A DNA stretch of 32,000 nt from Microcystis aeruginosa NIES-843. Its GTDB lineage: Bacteria > Cyanobacteriota > Cyanobacteriia > Cyanobacteriales > Microcystaceae. This document shows, piece after piece, positions 9,449-18,987 of the stretch (its first letter is position 1; every line of letters begins with the position of its first letter). The position numbers were made by a program, and so were the translations under genes. Below the pieces are notes generated by a model that saw nothing but the letters and a program-made list of their open reading frames with translations, ran no database searches and was not told where the DNA came from. The stretch spans positions 1 through 32,000 of the forward strand of contig NC_010296.1 in NCBI RefSeq assembly GCF_000010625.1, in the 5' to 3' direction.

Positions 9449-9513
9449 GTAGGTTGGGTTGAAGCATGAAACCCAACGCCCGATTATGTTACGCTACCGC
9501 TAACCAATCCTAC
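9449..9513. repeat. palindromic dispersed-repeat-like element
   Basis: GTAGGTTGG at 9449 is inverted relative to CCAATCCTAC at 9504. An inner 8-bp stem pairs GTTGGGTT (9453-9460) with AACCCAAC (9470-9477). Confidence 0.5.
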
Positions 9514-9550
9514 AAATAATTGTGCCTCCCTACTTATATTTATCGGATGT

Positions 9551-9817
9551 ATGAGTAAACAGGATAAATTATTGATTAAAATTCTTTTAGGTAATTCTGA
9601 TGCTAACATTCCCTTCGAGCAACTTTGTCAACTACTGAGGAAATTAGGATTTGATCAACGAATAGGAGGAAGTCATCATATTTTTACCAAAGAAGGAGTT
9701 GAAGAAATTTTAAATCTGCAACCCAAACAAGGAAAAGCCAAAGTCTATCAAGTTAAGCAAATTCGTAGTCTGATTTTAAAATATAAGTTAGGATATCAAG
9801 ATGAAAATTCGTTATGA
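9551..9817 (+). CDS. hicA: HicA-family type II toxin
   Basis: 88 aa with the LRKLGF...GGSHHIF motif of HicA/YcfA-like proteins. It overlaps the downstream HicB gene by 17 nt. Confidence 0.7.
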   Translation: MSKQDKLLIKILLGNSDANIPFEQLCQLLRKLGFDQRIGGSHHIFTKEGVEEILNLQPKQGKAKVYQVKQIRSLILKYKLGYQDENSL

Positions 9818-10013
9818 ACTGATTATTTACTGGAGTAATGAGGATCAACTATTTATCGTTGAAGTTCCAGAACTTGCAGGATGTATGGCTGATGGAGAAA
9901 CTTATCAAGAAGCTGTGCAAAATGCTGAAATCATTATTCAACAATGGATTGAAACAGCACAGGAATTAGGCCGAGAAATTCCTGAACCTAAAGGACGTTT
10001 ATTATTTGCTTGA
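9801..10013 (+). CDS. hicB: HicB-family antitoxin (UPF0150-like)
   Basis: 70 aa with Y..I...S.ED..F.V.VPEL.GC...G.T.EEA..N....I..W, typical of the HicB N-domain. Confidence 0.75.
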   Translation: MKIRYELIIYWSNEDQLFIVEVPELAGCMADGETYQEAVQNAEIIIQQWIETAQELGREIPEPKGRLLFA

Positions 10014-10230
10014 ACAAGCACAGGAATATGTAATACTAAATCCAGTTATTAAAAACTGATTATTTATTCCCCCTTTTGCATGAGTGCCTCTGCTGATATG
10101 TAGCTTATACTCAACGGATTTATTATGATTGGTACTCAACAGGAATTATCTGGATTTGCAAAATATTTAAATGATCAGGACTCCAGGAATATAATACTAA
10201 ATCCCCAATTTTTTTGAACAGAAAAAGTAA

Positions 10231-10295
10231 GGGCGAAGCATTCGGATAGGAAATCTACGGTTTCAGCGATAGGTTATCGCCCGAATGCTTCGCCC
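10231..10295. repeat. palindromic element GGGCGAAGCATTCGG ... CCGAATGCTTCGCCC
   Basis: Perfect 15-bp inverted repeat (10231-10245 and 10281-10295) around a 35-nt core. The core contains a smaller GCGATA/TATCGC palindrome. The element ends 1 nt before the lspA stop codon. Confidence 0.8.
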
Positions 10296-10778
10296 CTACG
10301 GAACCCTTGACTTGTGGGGAAAGGTAGAAATTAATAGGCAAATAATCCCGATATTAATAAAGACATCAGCCAGATTAAAAACAGGAAAATTAATCAATCT
10401 AAAATCGAGAAAATCCACCACATAACCAAACAAAAAGCGATCGATACCATTGCCGAAAGCCCCTGCTAAAATAAAACCGTAGGCTAATTGTTCCCAACGA
10501 TTTAAATGCGGTCCAAAGTAGGCAAAAGCCATTAATCCCAAACTAACTAATAAGGATAGCCATTTTAGCCAACCAACACCGCCTCGAAAAGCACTAAAAG
10601 CCGCCCCGGTATTAATCACATAGGTAAAATGAAAAACCCCCGGAATAATCGGAAAAGTATCACCAATTTGCTCAAAACTCTGCACGGTTATATACTTAGT
10701 TACTTGGTCTAAAATTAGACCAATCACCGCCACTATCCAAAACCAGCGATTTTTTTTAAACATTGGCTGTGGCATCAA
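10296..10778 (-). CDS. lspA: lipoprotein signal peptidase II
   Basis: 160 aa with 4 TM segments and the conserved NTGAAFS and FNLADVFI motifs. Confidence 0.85.
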   Translation of the reverse strand: MMPQPMFKKNRWFWIVAVIGLILDQVTKYITVQSFEQIGDTFPIIPGVFHFTYVINTGAAFSAFRGGVGWLKWLSLLVSLGLMAFAYFGPHLNRWEQLAYGFILAGAFGNGIDRFLFGYVVDFLDFRLINFPVFNLADVFINIGIICLLISTFPHKSRVP

Positions 10779-11428
10779 TAAAATAATAATTTACGGAAGA
10801 AAAAGGCAATAATTACCACCACACAAATTACTACTAACTGCCCTAAAAATGGCCAGACTGAATAATTCATAAATAGGGTGGGCAAACTATCGGGAAAGGT
10901 GATTTGACCGGCTTGGGGCTGAAAAATCGACAATCCCAGCATATATAATAAACCGCACAGATGAATCACTAACAAACCGGCAAAAGCACTTAAAGCCAGG
11001 GTTTCTATCTTAGCCCGCCAGCGAAAAGCCAACCAACCACACAGCCATGCCCCCGGCATAAAGCCTAAAATATAGCCAAAACTGGGTTCTTTCAGATAAC
11101 CCATTCCCCCACCCTGGGCAAACACCGGCAACCAAGTTAAACCGAGAAAAATATAGGCCACCTGGGCGAGAAGCCCAGCATTTTTGCCCCCCAGACAGCC
11201 CGTTAATAATACTGCCCCAATTTGGTAAGTTATGCCCAGTTTTTGCGAAGATAGACCCGTAGTAGCCGACCAACTAGCTAGGCTGACCGGAACAAATGTA
11301 CTAAAAATTGTCAGCAACAAACCAATCAAAGCCCAGATTAACTCATTGGGAACCGATGCGGAAGCGCGCCGCGGCGGAGATTCTCGTCCTCGACGTGATT
11401 TAGGTTGCCTGTTGGGGTTGGTATTCAC
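10775..11428 (-). CDS. bioY: biotin transporter BioY
   Basis: 217-aa polytopic membrane protein with BioY-like GLPVFA.GGG...P.FGY..GF pattern. It lies directly downstream of bioB and overlaps it. Confidence 0.7.
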   Translation of the reverse strand: MNTNPNRQPKSRRGRESPPRRASASVPNELIWALIGLLLTIFSTFVPVSLASWSATTGLSSQKLGITYQIGAVLLTGCLGGKNAGLLAQVAYIFLGLTWLPVFAQGGGMGYLKEPSFGYILGFMPGAWLCGWLAFRWRAKIETLALSAFAGLLVIHLCGLLYMLGLSIFQPQAGQITFPDSLPTLFMNYSVWPFLGQLVVICVVVIIAFFFRKLLFY

Positions 11429-12494
11429 CGGGGATGGGGGCTTCTCCTCCTATTAAACTAAGATCAGCCAACATCGCCTGATCCTGTTGGGGGGGTTGTC
11501 CTAGAGTGGTCAAATAATGCCCAATCAGCATAGCATTAATTCCCGATTTTAGCCCCAGATTTTGCAATTCTCCCATCACTGCCTCTCGTCCCCCGGCATA
11601 ACGGAGGATTTGTTGGGGTAAAATAAACCGGAAAATAGCGATCGCTTTTAGGGCAGTAAAGGGCTCCAGTTTGGGTAAATGACCTAAAGGGGTGCCACTT
11701 CTGGGGTTTAATAGGTTAATCGGCACTGATTCCACTTCTAATTCCGCCAGAGAAAAAGCTAAATCAATGCGATCGGTCCAACTTTCCCCCATACCGATAA
11801 TTCCGCCCGTACAAGCCTGAATTCCCGCCGCTTTCAGGTTTTTTACCGTTTCTACCCGATCCTGCCAACTGTGGGTGGAGACCACGTTAGGATAAAAATT
11901 CTCGGAAGCTTCCAGATTGTGATTATAACGGGTAACTCCGGCTTCTTTTAAGGCCTGCGCTTGGGGGAGGGTTAACTCTCCCAAGGCGCAACAGGGTTTA
12001 ATCTTGGCGGTTTCGATGATTTCTTGAACTGTGGCCAGTATTTCCTCGAATTCCTGCGATTTAGGGCTATTGTACTTTAATCCCCGACCTTGACTAACTA
12101 AACAGAAGCGTTTGGCCCCCGCGTCGGCTGCCGCTTTCGCATGGGTGACGATTTCCTCGCGACTTTTTAAACCGTAGATAGGCGAATCTTGGCCGGGATG
12201 GTGGACGGATTGGGAACAAAAACTGCAATTTTCCGAACAACTTCCCGATTTTATGTTGATAATGCTACATAAATCCACCGTATTGCCACAACAGGCCTGA
12301 CGAATGCGATCGGCAGCCTCACATAAGCTGAAAATATTTTCCTGACCTTCGATCGCAGTTAAAGCTAGGGCCTCTTGCTTACTGAGTCGATCGCCGGCGA
12401 TAATCTGATTAGCCCTAGTCTGTAACCAGTTTTTTAAGGCTTCTCCCTCCATGGGGATAGATTGAGTAGCGCTGTGTGTAGAGACTTGTACCAC
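11400..12494 (-). CDS. bioB: biotin synthase (radical SAM)
   Basis: 364 aa with CSENCSFCSQ (CxxxCxxC radical SAM motif) and BioB-type YNHNLE. Confidence 0.9.
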   Translation of the reverse strand: MVQVSTHSATQSIPMEGEALKNWLQTRANQIIAGDRLSKQEALALTAIEGQENIFSLCEAADRIRQACCGNTVDLCSIINIKSGSCSENCSFCSQSVHHPGQDSPIYGLKSREEIVTHAKAAADAGAKRFCLVSQGRGLKYNSPKSQEFEEILATVQEIIETAKIKPCCALGELTLPQAQALKEAGVTRYNHNLEASENFYPNVVSTHSWQDRVETVKNLKAAGIQACTGGIIGMGESWTDRIDLAFSLAELEVESVPINLLNPRSGTPLGHLPKLEPFTALKAIAIFRFILPQQILRYAGGREAVMGELQNLGLKSGINAMLIGHYLTTLGQPPQQDQAMLADLSLIGGEAPIPGEYQPQQAT

Positions 12495-12627
12495 GTCGTT
12501 TATGCTCTAACTAAGTTAGGCTCATCTTATCATTGTTCAGTTACCAGGGAAAGATTAATAAAAAACTTTAGAAAAAAATACCCTTTTGTGCTAGACTACC
12601 CGCAAAAGTTATCTTGTCTCCGATTTT

Positions 12628-13173
12628 ATGAAAGTTATTCCGACGGAAATTCCTGATGTTTTAATTATTGAACCGCAAGTTTACGGAGACGATCGAGGTT
12701 TTTTCTTGGAGAGTTTTAATCAGAAAGATTTTCGAGAGAAAACTGGGGTTAATACCACTTTTGTCCAGGATAATCACTCTATGTCCCTAAAAAATGTCCT
12801 GCGAGGATTGCATTATCAAATCCCCAATCCCCAGGGTAAACTGGTGCGAGTAGTGAATGGTAGTGTTTTTGATGTGGCCGTGGATGCGCGTCAAAGTTCC
12901 CCCACTTTTGGGCAATGGGTAGGCTGTATTTTAAGTGCGGAAAATAAACGTATTTTCTGGGTTCCCGAAGGTTTTGCCCATGGCTTTCTAGTCCTCTCCG
13001 ACCGAGCAGAATTTCTCTACAAAACCACTAATTATTATTATCCCCAATACGAAAAAACCATTTTATGGAATGATGCCGATTTAGGGATTGATTGGCCCCT
13101 AGAGACCCCGCCGATTCTCTCTCCTAAAGACCAAGCTGGACAACCCTTTAAATCCGTGGAAGTTTTCCCCTAA
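12628..13173 (+). CDS. rfbC: dTDP-4-dehydrorhamnose 3,5-epimerase
   Basis: 181 aa with DDRGFF.E, RGLHYQ and GFAHGF motifs. Confidence 0.9.
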   Translation: MKVIPTEIPDVLIIEPQVYGDDRGFFLESFNQKDFREKTGVNTTFVQDNHSMSLKNVLRGLHYQIPNPQGKLVRVVNGSVFDVAVDARQSSPTFGQWVGCILSAENKRIFWVPEGFAHGFLVLSDRAEFLYKTTNYYYPQYEKTILWNDADLGIDWPLETPPILSPKDQAGQPFKSVEVFP

Positions 13174-13178
13174 AGACG

Positions 13179-14054
13179 ATGAAAAAAGTTTTACTAATTG
13201 GTGCTAAAGGTCAAGTAGGACAAGAGTTACAGGTAACTTTACCGCAGTTAGGTGAAGTTATTAGTATCGGTCGAGAAGAACTAGATTTAACCAACTCGCA
13301 AAAAATCGGTCAGTTAATTAGGGAAATTCACCCCGATTATCTGGTTAATGCCTCCGCTTATACGGCAGTGGATAAAGCCGAAACTGAGCCAGATTTAGCC
13401 TATTCTATCAATGCTATAGCCCCGAAAATCATGGCGGAAGCTGCCGAGAAAACTAAAGCTAAATTTCTCCATATTTCCACCGATTATGTGTTTGATGGTC
13501 GAAAAAATACCCCCTATCTAGAAACCGATCTAACTAATCCTTTAGGGGTTTATGGACAATCAAAGTTAAGGGGAGAAGAGGAGATTAATACTGTTAATTC
13601 TCAGGCAATTATCCTGCGGACTGCTTGGGTTTATGGCAGTTATGGCAAAAGTAATTTTGTCAAAACCATGGTGAGATTAGGCAAGGAAAGAGAGGAGTTA
13701 AAAGTAGTTGTCGATCAGCTGGGAAGTCCCACTTGGGCAAAAGATATCGCCACGGCAATTACTCAGCTTTTAATTAATGCCGATAATCCCGCAGGAATCT
13801 ATAATTTTACTAATAGCGGTGTCGCCAGTTGGTTTGATTTAACTAAAGCGATTTTTGAGGAGGCAAAAACAAGCGGTATTCCCTTAAAAATTCAGAGAGT
13901 AATTCCCATTACTACTGCTGAATATCCTACCCCGGCGGTGCGTCCCGCCTATTCGGTTCTTTCCGGTCAAAAAATCTCGCAACAATTGGGTTATATTCCT
14001 CCCTATTGGCGGGATTCCCTCAAAGCTATGCTCACCCAACTATTTAATCTTTAA
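13179..14054 (+). CDS. rfbD: dTDP-4-dehydrorhamnose reductase
   Basis: 291 aa with N-terminal GAKGQVG Rossmann motif, STDYVFDG and YGQSK catalytic motifs. Confidence 0.9.
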   Translation: MKKVLLIGAKGQVGQELQVTLPQLGEVISIGREELDLTNSQKIGQLIREIHPDYLVNASAYTAVDKAETEPDLAYSINAIAPKIMAEAAEKTKAKFLHISTDYVFDGRKNTPYLETDLTNPLGVYGQSKLRGEEEINTVNSQAIILRTAWVYGSYGKSNFVKTMVRLGKEREELKVVVDQLGSPTWAKDIATAITQLLINADNPAGIYNFTNSGVASWFDLTKAIFEEAKTSGIPLKIQRVIPITTAEYPTPAVRPAYSVLSGQKISQQLGYIPPYWRDSLKAMLTQLFNL

Positions 14055-14058
14055 AACT

Positions 14059-15132
14059 ATGAAAGCACTAATTTTATCCGGTGGTAAAGGTACGAGGTTA
14101 CGTCCCCTAACCTATACTGGGGCAAAACAGTTAGTTCCCGTTGCCAATAAACCGATTTTATGGTATGGAATCGAGTCAATTGTCGCCGCAGGAATTACCG
14201 ATATTGGCATTATTATCAGTCCCGAAACCGGGGAAGAAATTCGTCAGACCACGGGCAATGGTGAACAGTTTGGGGCTAAGATAACTTATATTCGCCAAGA
14301 TCAACCAGCCGGATTAGCTCACGCGGTTAAAACTGCCCAATCTTTCCTAGGAGATTCCCCCTTTATTATGTACTTGGGTGATAACCTAATTGAGGATGAT
14401 TTATCGCCCTTTTTAGGCTCTTTCCAAAAACAGTCTCTTGACGCTTTAATTCTGTTGCGAAAAGTGTCTAATCCTAGTGCTTTTGGGGTGGCAAAAGTAG
14501 ATGAAACCGGCAAAGTTTTATACTTAGTCGAAAAACCCAAAGAACCTCCCTCAAATTTAGCTTTGGTGGGGATTTATTTTTTTGCCCCCACCATTCACCA
14601 AGCGATCGCATCTATTCAACCTTCAGGCCGGGGTGAGTTAGAAATTACCGACGCTATCCAAGAATTAATCAATCAAAATAAAGCAGTAGAAGCCAATAAA
14701 CTACTGGGTTGGTGGTTAGATACGGGTAAAAAAGATGACTTATTAGAAGCAAATCGGATTATCCTTGATACCAGTCTAGAAATCGCTTTGCAGGGAGAAA
14801 TTGATGCTAATAGTCAGGTGATCGGACGGGTAAAAATTGGTCAGGGTAGTAAAATTATTAATAGTACCATTCGCGGCCCTGTCATTATTGGAGAAAATTG
14901 TCACATTGAGAATTGTTTTATCGGTCCCTATAGTAGTGTGGCTAATGGAGTAAAATTAATCGATGCCGACGTAGAACACAGTGTTATTCTCAAAGATGCC
15001 ACGATTATTGGCATTCATCAGCGCATAGTTGATAGTGTGATCGGACGACGGGCAAAATTAGAAATTGCCCCCCAACGTCCAAAAGCTTTACGCTTTATGA
15101 TCGGGGATGATTCCCATGTAGAATTAGTGTAG
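14059..15132 (+). CDS. rfbA: glucose-1-phosphate thymidylyltransferase (long form with C-terminal left-handed beta-helix)
   Basis: 357 aa with N-terminal LSGGKGTRLRPLT nucleotidyltransferase motif and C-terminal hexapeptide-like repeats. Follows rfbC-rfbD. Confidence 0.8.
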   Translation: MKALILSGGKGTRLRPLTYTGAKQLVPVANKPILWYGIESIVAAGITDIGIIISPETGEEIRQTTGNGEQFGAKITYIRQDQPAGLAHAVKTAQSFLGDSPFIMYLGDNLIEDDLSPFLGSFQKQSLDALILLRKVSNPSAFGVAKVDETGKVLYLVEKPKEPPSNLALVGIYFFAPTIHQAIASIQPSGRGELEITDAIQELINQNKAVEANKLLGWWLDTGKKDDLLEANRIILDTSLEIALQGEIDANSQVIGRVKIGQGSKIINSTIRGPVIIGENCHIENCFIGPYSSVANGVKLIDADVEHSVILKDATIIGIHQRIVDSVIGRRAKLEIAPQRPKALRFMIGDDSHVELV

Positions 15133-15158
15133 TTAATGGGGATTAACTGCCCCTTTAA

Positions 15159-15358
15159 TTAGGGTTTGCGGCAAAAAGTTTTTCCTGGGTGTAGGGTGTA
15201 GGATTTTACCGATTTTCAGAGGTTCAATTACCTAATTTTCAGGGAAAAAGTACCTGAATTTTCACCCCAATCACTCCAATCGCTGGCACTTTTTGCTGGG
15301 AAAAAAGTCTAAAAGCCTTATCCAACAAGGTTTTTAGATTTCTTCAGCCAACCCTAAC
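15159..15358 (+). mobile_element. MITE-like element, copy A
   Basis: About 200 bp, non-coding. Termini TTAGGGTTTGC ... GCCAACCCTAA form imperfect inverted repeats. Alignable by eye along its length to the reverse complement of 16905-17100. Contains 2 GGTGTAG heptamers. Confidence 0.7.
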
Positions 15359-15360
15359 TA

Positions 15361-15369
15361 TGTTATAAT
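15361..15369 (+). promoter_or_regulatory. candidate extended -10 promoter element for leuB
   Basis: TGTTATAAT (TGn + TATAAT) lies 34 nt upstream of the leuB ATG, just outside the MITE end. The -35 is weak (TCTTCA). Not experimentally supported. Confidence 0.3.
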
Positions 15370-15402
15370 TAAGAGTCTGACCTATTTTACCGTTCTAGAA
15401 CT

Positions 15403-16488
15403 ATGACGCAACAGTATCGCATTACCCTACTACCCGGCGATGGCATCGGGCCGGAAATCCTCGCTGTCACCGTAGAGATACTGAAAGTCATCGGTAAAAA
15501 ATTTGACCTCCAGTTTGACTTCCAAACCGCTTTAATTGGAGGGGCTGCCATTGATGAAACCGGCAGTCCCCTCCCCGAAGCAACCCTGAGCGCCTGTAAA
15601 AATAGTGATGCTGTTCTCCTGGCCGCTATCGGGGGTTATAAATGGGATAATTTGCCCCGGCAGCAAAGGCCAGAAACGGGATTATTAGGCTTAAGATCTG
15701 GCTTAGGTCTTTTTGCTAATTTGCGTCCTGCCACCATTTTTCCGCAATTAATCGACGCTTCTACTCTCAAACGGGAGATTATCGAGGGAGTGGATATCAT
15801 GGTGGTCCGGGAATTGACCGGGGGTGTTTACTTCGGTCAACCGAAGGGGATTTTTGAGACAGAAACGGGAGAAAAATGCGGTGTAAATACCATGGTTTAC
15901 TTGGAATCGGAGGTGGACCGCATCGCTAAGGTAGCCTTTGAAATTGCCCAAAAACGCGGCAATAAACTCTGTTCCGTCGATAAAGCTAATGTTCTCGATG
16001 TTTCCCAACTCTGGCGCGACCGGATGACGAAAATGGCCGCTAATTATCCCGATGTGGAACTTTCCCATCTCTACGTCGATAACGCAGCCATGCAGTTAGT
16101 CCGGGCCCCCAAGCAATTTGATACTATCGTCACGGGCAATTTATTCGGTGATATTCTCTCCGATGAAGCGGCCATGTTAACTGGTAGTATCGGAATGTTA
16201 CCCTCCGCTAGTTTAGGGACTGCTGGGGTGGGAGTTTTTGAACCCGTCCACGGTTCGGCCCCAGATATCGCCGGCCAAGATAAAGCCAATCCGATCGCCC
16301 AGATTCTCAGCGCTGCTATGATGTTAAAATATGGGCTAAATCAGCCTTTAGCGGCAGCATCGCTGGAAAAAGCCGTAGAAAAAGTCTTAGCTCTCGGTTA
16401 TCGTACCGGAGATATTTTCTCGGAGGGTATGACCTTAGTGGGATGCCAAGCTATGGGCCAGGCCATCCTAAAAGTTTTAGAATCCTAA
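15403..16488 (+). CDS. leuB: 3-isopropylmalate dehydrogenase
   Basis: 361 aa with [21 protein letters not shown] and GSAPDIAG motifs. Confidence 0.95.
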   Translation: MTQQYRITLLPGDGIGPEILAVTVEILKVIGKKFDLQFDFQTALIGGAAIDETGSPLPEATLSACKNSDAVLLAAIGGYKWDNLPRQQRPETGLLGLRSGLGLFANLRPATIFPQLIDASTLKREIIEGVDIMVVRELTGGVYFGQPKGIFETETGEKCGVNTMVYLESEVDRIAKVAFEIAQKRGNKLCSVDKANVLDVSQLWRDRMTKMAANYPDVELSHLYVDNAAMQLVRAPKQFDTIVTGNLFGDILSDEAAMLTGSIGMLPSASLGTAGVGVFEPVHGSAPDIAGQDKANPIAQILSAAMMLKYGLNQPLAAASLEKAVEKVLALGYRTGDIFSEGMTLVGCQAMGQAILKVLES

Positions 16489-16568
16489 CAAAAGTGGCAT
16501 AATTCGGAAATCGTCATATACCATTGATTTAATAAATACGTCAATTTAATCGTGGGGAGACGAGTGCT

Positions 16569-16829
16569 ATGGTAGCCCTATCTGAGAAAACAGAACAACA
16601 GCGTGTCGATATGGAAATCCCAATTTTGTTAGATCCTACTGTCTTACGGGCAGCCAGACGCATTTATCGCATCTACTGTACCCTCAATAGCAGAGTTAGT
16701 AAACGTCCTTTTGGTGTCGCTATTAACCGCGACAATCATCGCGGCCAATTAATTTTTAACAATAAACCGATTCTTCTCCCCGGGGAATGTTTCGTCCCGA
16801 TTAAGCAAATCGAATCGGAAGCCTATTAA
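16569..16829 (+). CDS. hypothetical protein
   Basis: 86-aa ATG-initiated ORF between leuB and MITE copy B. No recognisable motif. Confidence 0.4.
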   Translation: MVALSEKTEQQRVDMEIPILLDPTVLRAARRIYRIYCTLNSRVSKRPFGVAINRDNHRGQLIFNNKPILLPGECFVPIKQIESEAY

Positions 16830-16904
16830 TTTTTGTGAAGATTTGCCCTGAATATCTTGCCAAACGTCAGCTAATACCCACTGGCGTAGTTTTTTTGTCT
16901 AATA

Positions 16905-17100
16905 TAGGGTTTGCTGAATAAATCTAAAAACATTGTTCGATAAGACTTTTAGACCTTTTTGAAATCCAAAAGTACCGGCCATTGGAGTAATGGGGGGGAA
17001 AATTCCTGGACTTTTTCCCTGAAAATCGGTAAAACCCTACACCCCACACCCTACACCCCACACCCCACACCCAAGACAAACTTTTTGCCGCAAACCCTAA
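16905..17100 (-). mobile_element. MITE-like element, copy B (inverted relative to copy A)
   Basis: Its reverse complement aligns to 15159-15358. The internal heptamer array is expanded to about 6 units of CACACCC/TACACCC (17035-17075). It ends 9 nt before the uvrC ATG. Confidence 0.7.
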
Positions 17101-17109
17101 TATAAAAAG

Positions 17110-18987
17110 ATGTTCGGGAATAATCTTAACTCTACCCTAATCCAAGACCTCGATCGCCTAGAAAATCGTCTTCGGGAAATTCCCCTCGAACCGGGGGTGT
17201 ACTTCCTGCGCGACCAAAATGGCGAAATTCTCTACATCGGTAAATCCAAAAAACTCCGGTCTAGAGTCCGTTCCTATTTTCGTCCCAGTCAACCCCTCAG
17301 TCCCCGCATTGCTTTAATGGTGCGACAGGTGACGGAAATTGAATTTATCGTCACCGACACGGAAGCAGAATCCTTGGCCCTAGAAGCTAATCTAATTAAA
17401 CAACATCAGCCCCATTTTAATACTCTCCTCAAGGACGATAAAAAATATCCATACATTTGTATTACTTGGTCGGAAACCTACCCGCGCATTTTTATCACCC
17501 GCAAACGTAGGATAAATAACCAAAAAGACCGTTATTATGGTCCCTACGTCGATACTAGGCTGCTGCGCTACACTTTACACCTAATTAAACGCACTTTTCC
17601 CCTGCGTCAACGTCCCCAACCTCTTTTTAAAGACCGTCCCTGTTTAAATTATGATATCGGTCGTTGTCCGGGGGTTTGTCAAAAACTAATCAGTCCCCAA
17701 GATTATCGAGAAACCTTGCAGAAAGTGGCGATGATTTTTCAGGGAAGGACGGGGGAATTATTAGAGAAATTAGCGACAAAGATGCTCGCAGCGTCGGAAA
17801 ACCTAGATTTTGAACAAGCGGCCACGATTAGGGATCAAATTCGCGGATTACAGGCCCTTAATACCGATCAAAAAGTCTCTTTACCTGATGATACCGTATC
17901 CCGGGACGCGATCGCTTTAGCTAAGGACGAGCAGCATTGTTGCATACAATTATTCCAAGTGCGTTCTGGTCGTTTGGTGGGACGTTTGGGATTTTTTGCC
18001 GATAGTCAGTCAGCAAACGAGGGAGAAATCCTGCAAAAAGTCCTAGAAGAACATTATTTATCGGTGGAAGGGGTGGAAATTCCTAGCGAAATCCTGCTAC
18101 CCTGCGAATTACCGGAAGGTGAGGTGTTAGCGGGGTGGTTAAGGGAAAAAAAAGGTCGCAAAGTCGAGTTAACTGTCCCCCAACGGCAAAGTAAAGCGGA
18201 TTTATTAGCTATGGTCGAGAAAAACGCTCTTTATGAGTTAGAAAAGACGAAAAGAAGCGCCGACCGGGATTTACAGTCTTTGCAGGATTTAGCGGTAATT
18301 CTCGATTTACCGGCACTACCCCACCGCATCGAAGGTTATGATATTTCTCATATTCAGGGTTCTAATGCAGTCGCGTCGGGAGTGGTGTTTATCGATGGGG
18401 TGGCCGCTAATCAACATTATCGTCACTATAAAATCAAAAATCCCGAGGTTAAAATCGGCCATTCCGATGATTTCGCCAGTTTAGCAGAAGTAATTCGGCG
18501 GCGTTTCCGTCGTTATGCCGAAAATCCCGATAATATTGCCGAAAGTGATGATTTTCCCGATTTGGTCATGATTGATGGGGGAAAAGGACAATTATCGGCA
18601 GTGGTGGCAGTTTTAGGGGAGATGAATTTATTAGAACAGGTAAAAGTTGTTAGTTTAGCTAAACAGAGAGAGGAGATTTTTTTACCGGGGGAATCCTCTC
18701 CTTTAGAGACAGATAAGGAACAACCCGGAGTGCAATTATTGCGTCGAGTCAGGGATGAAGCGCACCGCTTTGCTGTTAGCTTTCACCGACAACAAAGGAT
18801 GCAAAAAAGTCGCCGTTCCCGTTTGGATGAGATACCGGGTTTAGGTTTTAAGCGACAAAAGGAGTTATTAGCTCATTTTCATTCTCTGGATTATATTCGC
18901 GAAGCTTCCCTAGAACAATTGCAACAGGTGACAGGAATTGGGGAACAATTAGCTAAGGAAATTTATAATTATTTTCATCCTAGGTAA
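17110..18987 (+). CDS. uvrC: excinuclease ABC subunit C
   Basis: 625 aa with N-terminal GIY-YIG (PGVYFLRD...ILYIGKS), a UVR domain, a central endonuclease region and C-terminal HhH. Confidence 0.95.
   Translation: MFGNNLNSTLIQDLDRLENRLREIPLEPGVYFLRDQNGEILYIGKSKKLRSRVRSYFRPSQPLSPRIALMVRQVTEIEFIVTDTEAESLALEANLIKQHQPHFNTLLKDDKKYPYICITWSETYPRIFITRKRRINNQKDRYYGPYVDTRLLRYTLHLIKRTFPLRQRPQPLFKDRPCLNYDIGRCPGVCQKLISPQDYRETLQKVAMIFQGRTGELLEKLATKMLAASENLDFEQAATIRDQIRGLQALNTDQKVSLPDDTVSRDAIALAKDEQHCCIQLFQVRSGRLVGRLGFFADSQSANEGEILQKVLEEHYLSVEGVEIPSEILLPCELPEGEVLAGWLREKKGRKVELTVPQRQSKADLLAMVEKNALYELEKTKRSADRDLQSLQDLAVILDLPALPHRIEGYDISHIQGSNAVASGVVFIDGVAANQHYRHYKIKNPEVKIGHSDDFASLAEVIRRRFRRYAENPDNIAESDDFPDLVMIDGGKGQLSAVVAVLGEMNLLEQVKVVSLAKQREEIFLPGESSPLETDKEQPGVQLLRRVRDEAHRFAVSFHRQQRMQKSRRSRLDEIPGLGFKRQKELLAHFHSLDYIREASLEQLQQVTGIGEQLAKEIYNYFHPR

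Noticed and set aside
9486-9513. Similarity between GTTACGCTACCGCTAACCAATCCTACAAA (9.49 kb) and GCGTTACCTTTGATTAATGCAGCCTACAAAATC (19.35 kb) as copies of one dispersed repeat
   Set aside because: Only short end motifs (GTTAC, CCTACAAA) match, which is too weak to claim homology without a genome-wide search.
10125-10217. 30-aa ORF (MIGTQQELSGFAKYLNDQDSRNIILNPQFF) and the related frame ending ...YVILNPVIKN at 10012-10058
   Set aside because: It is short, has no RBS, and sits within degenerate repeats downstream of hicB. It could be a relic of a duplicated gene end, but the evidence is too weak to call.
15748-16289. Further antisense ORFs: 15748-16068 and 16071-16289 (in leuB), plus 22996-23208, 24428-24610, 26254-26526, 26857-27114 and 29263-29502
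   Set aside because: Same reasoning: these are shadow ORFs opposite strongly supported coding regions or pseudogene/IS sequence.
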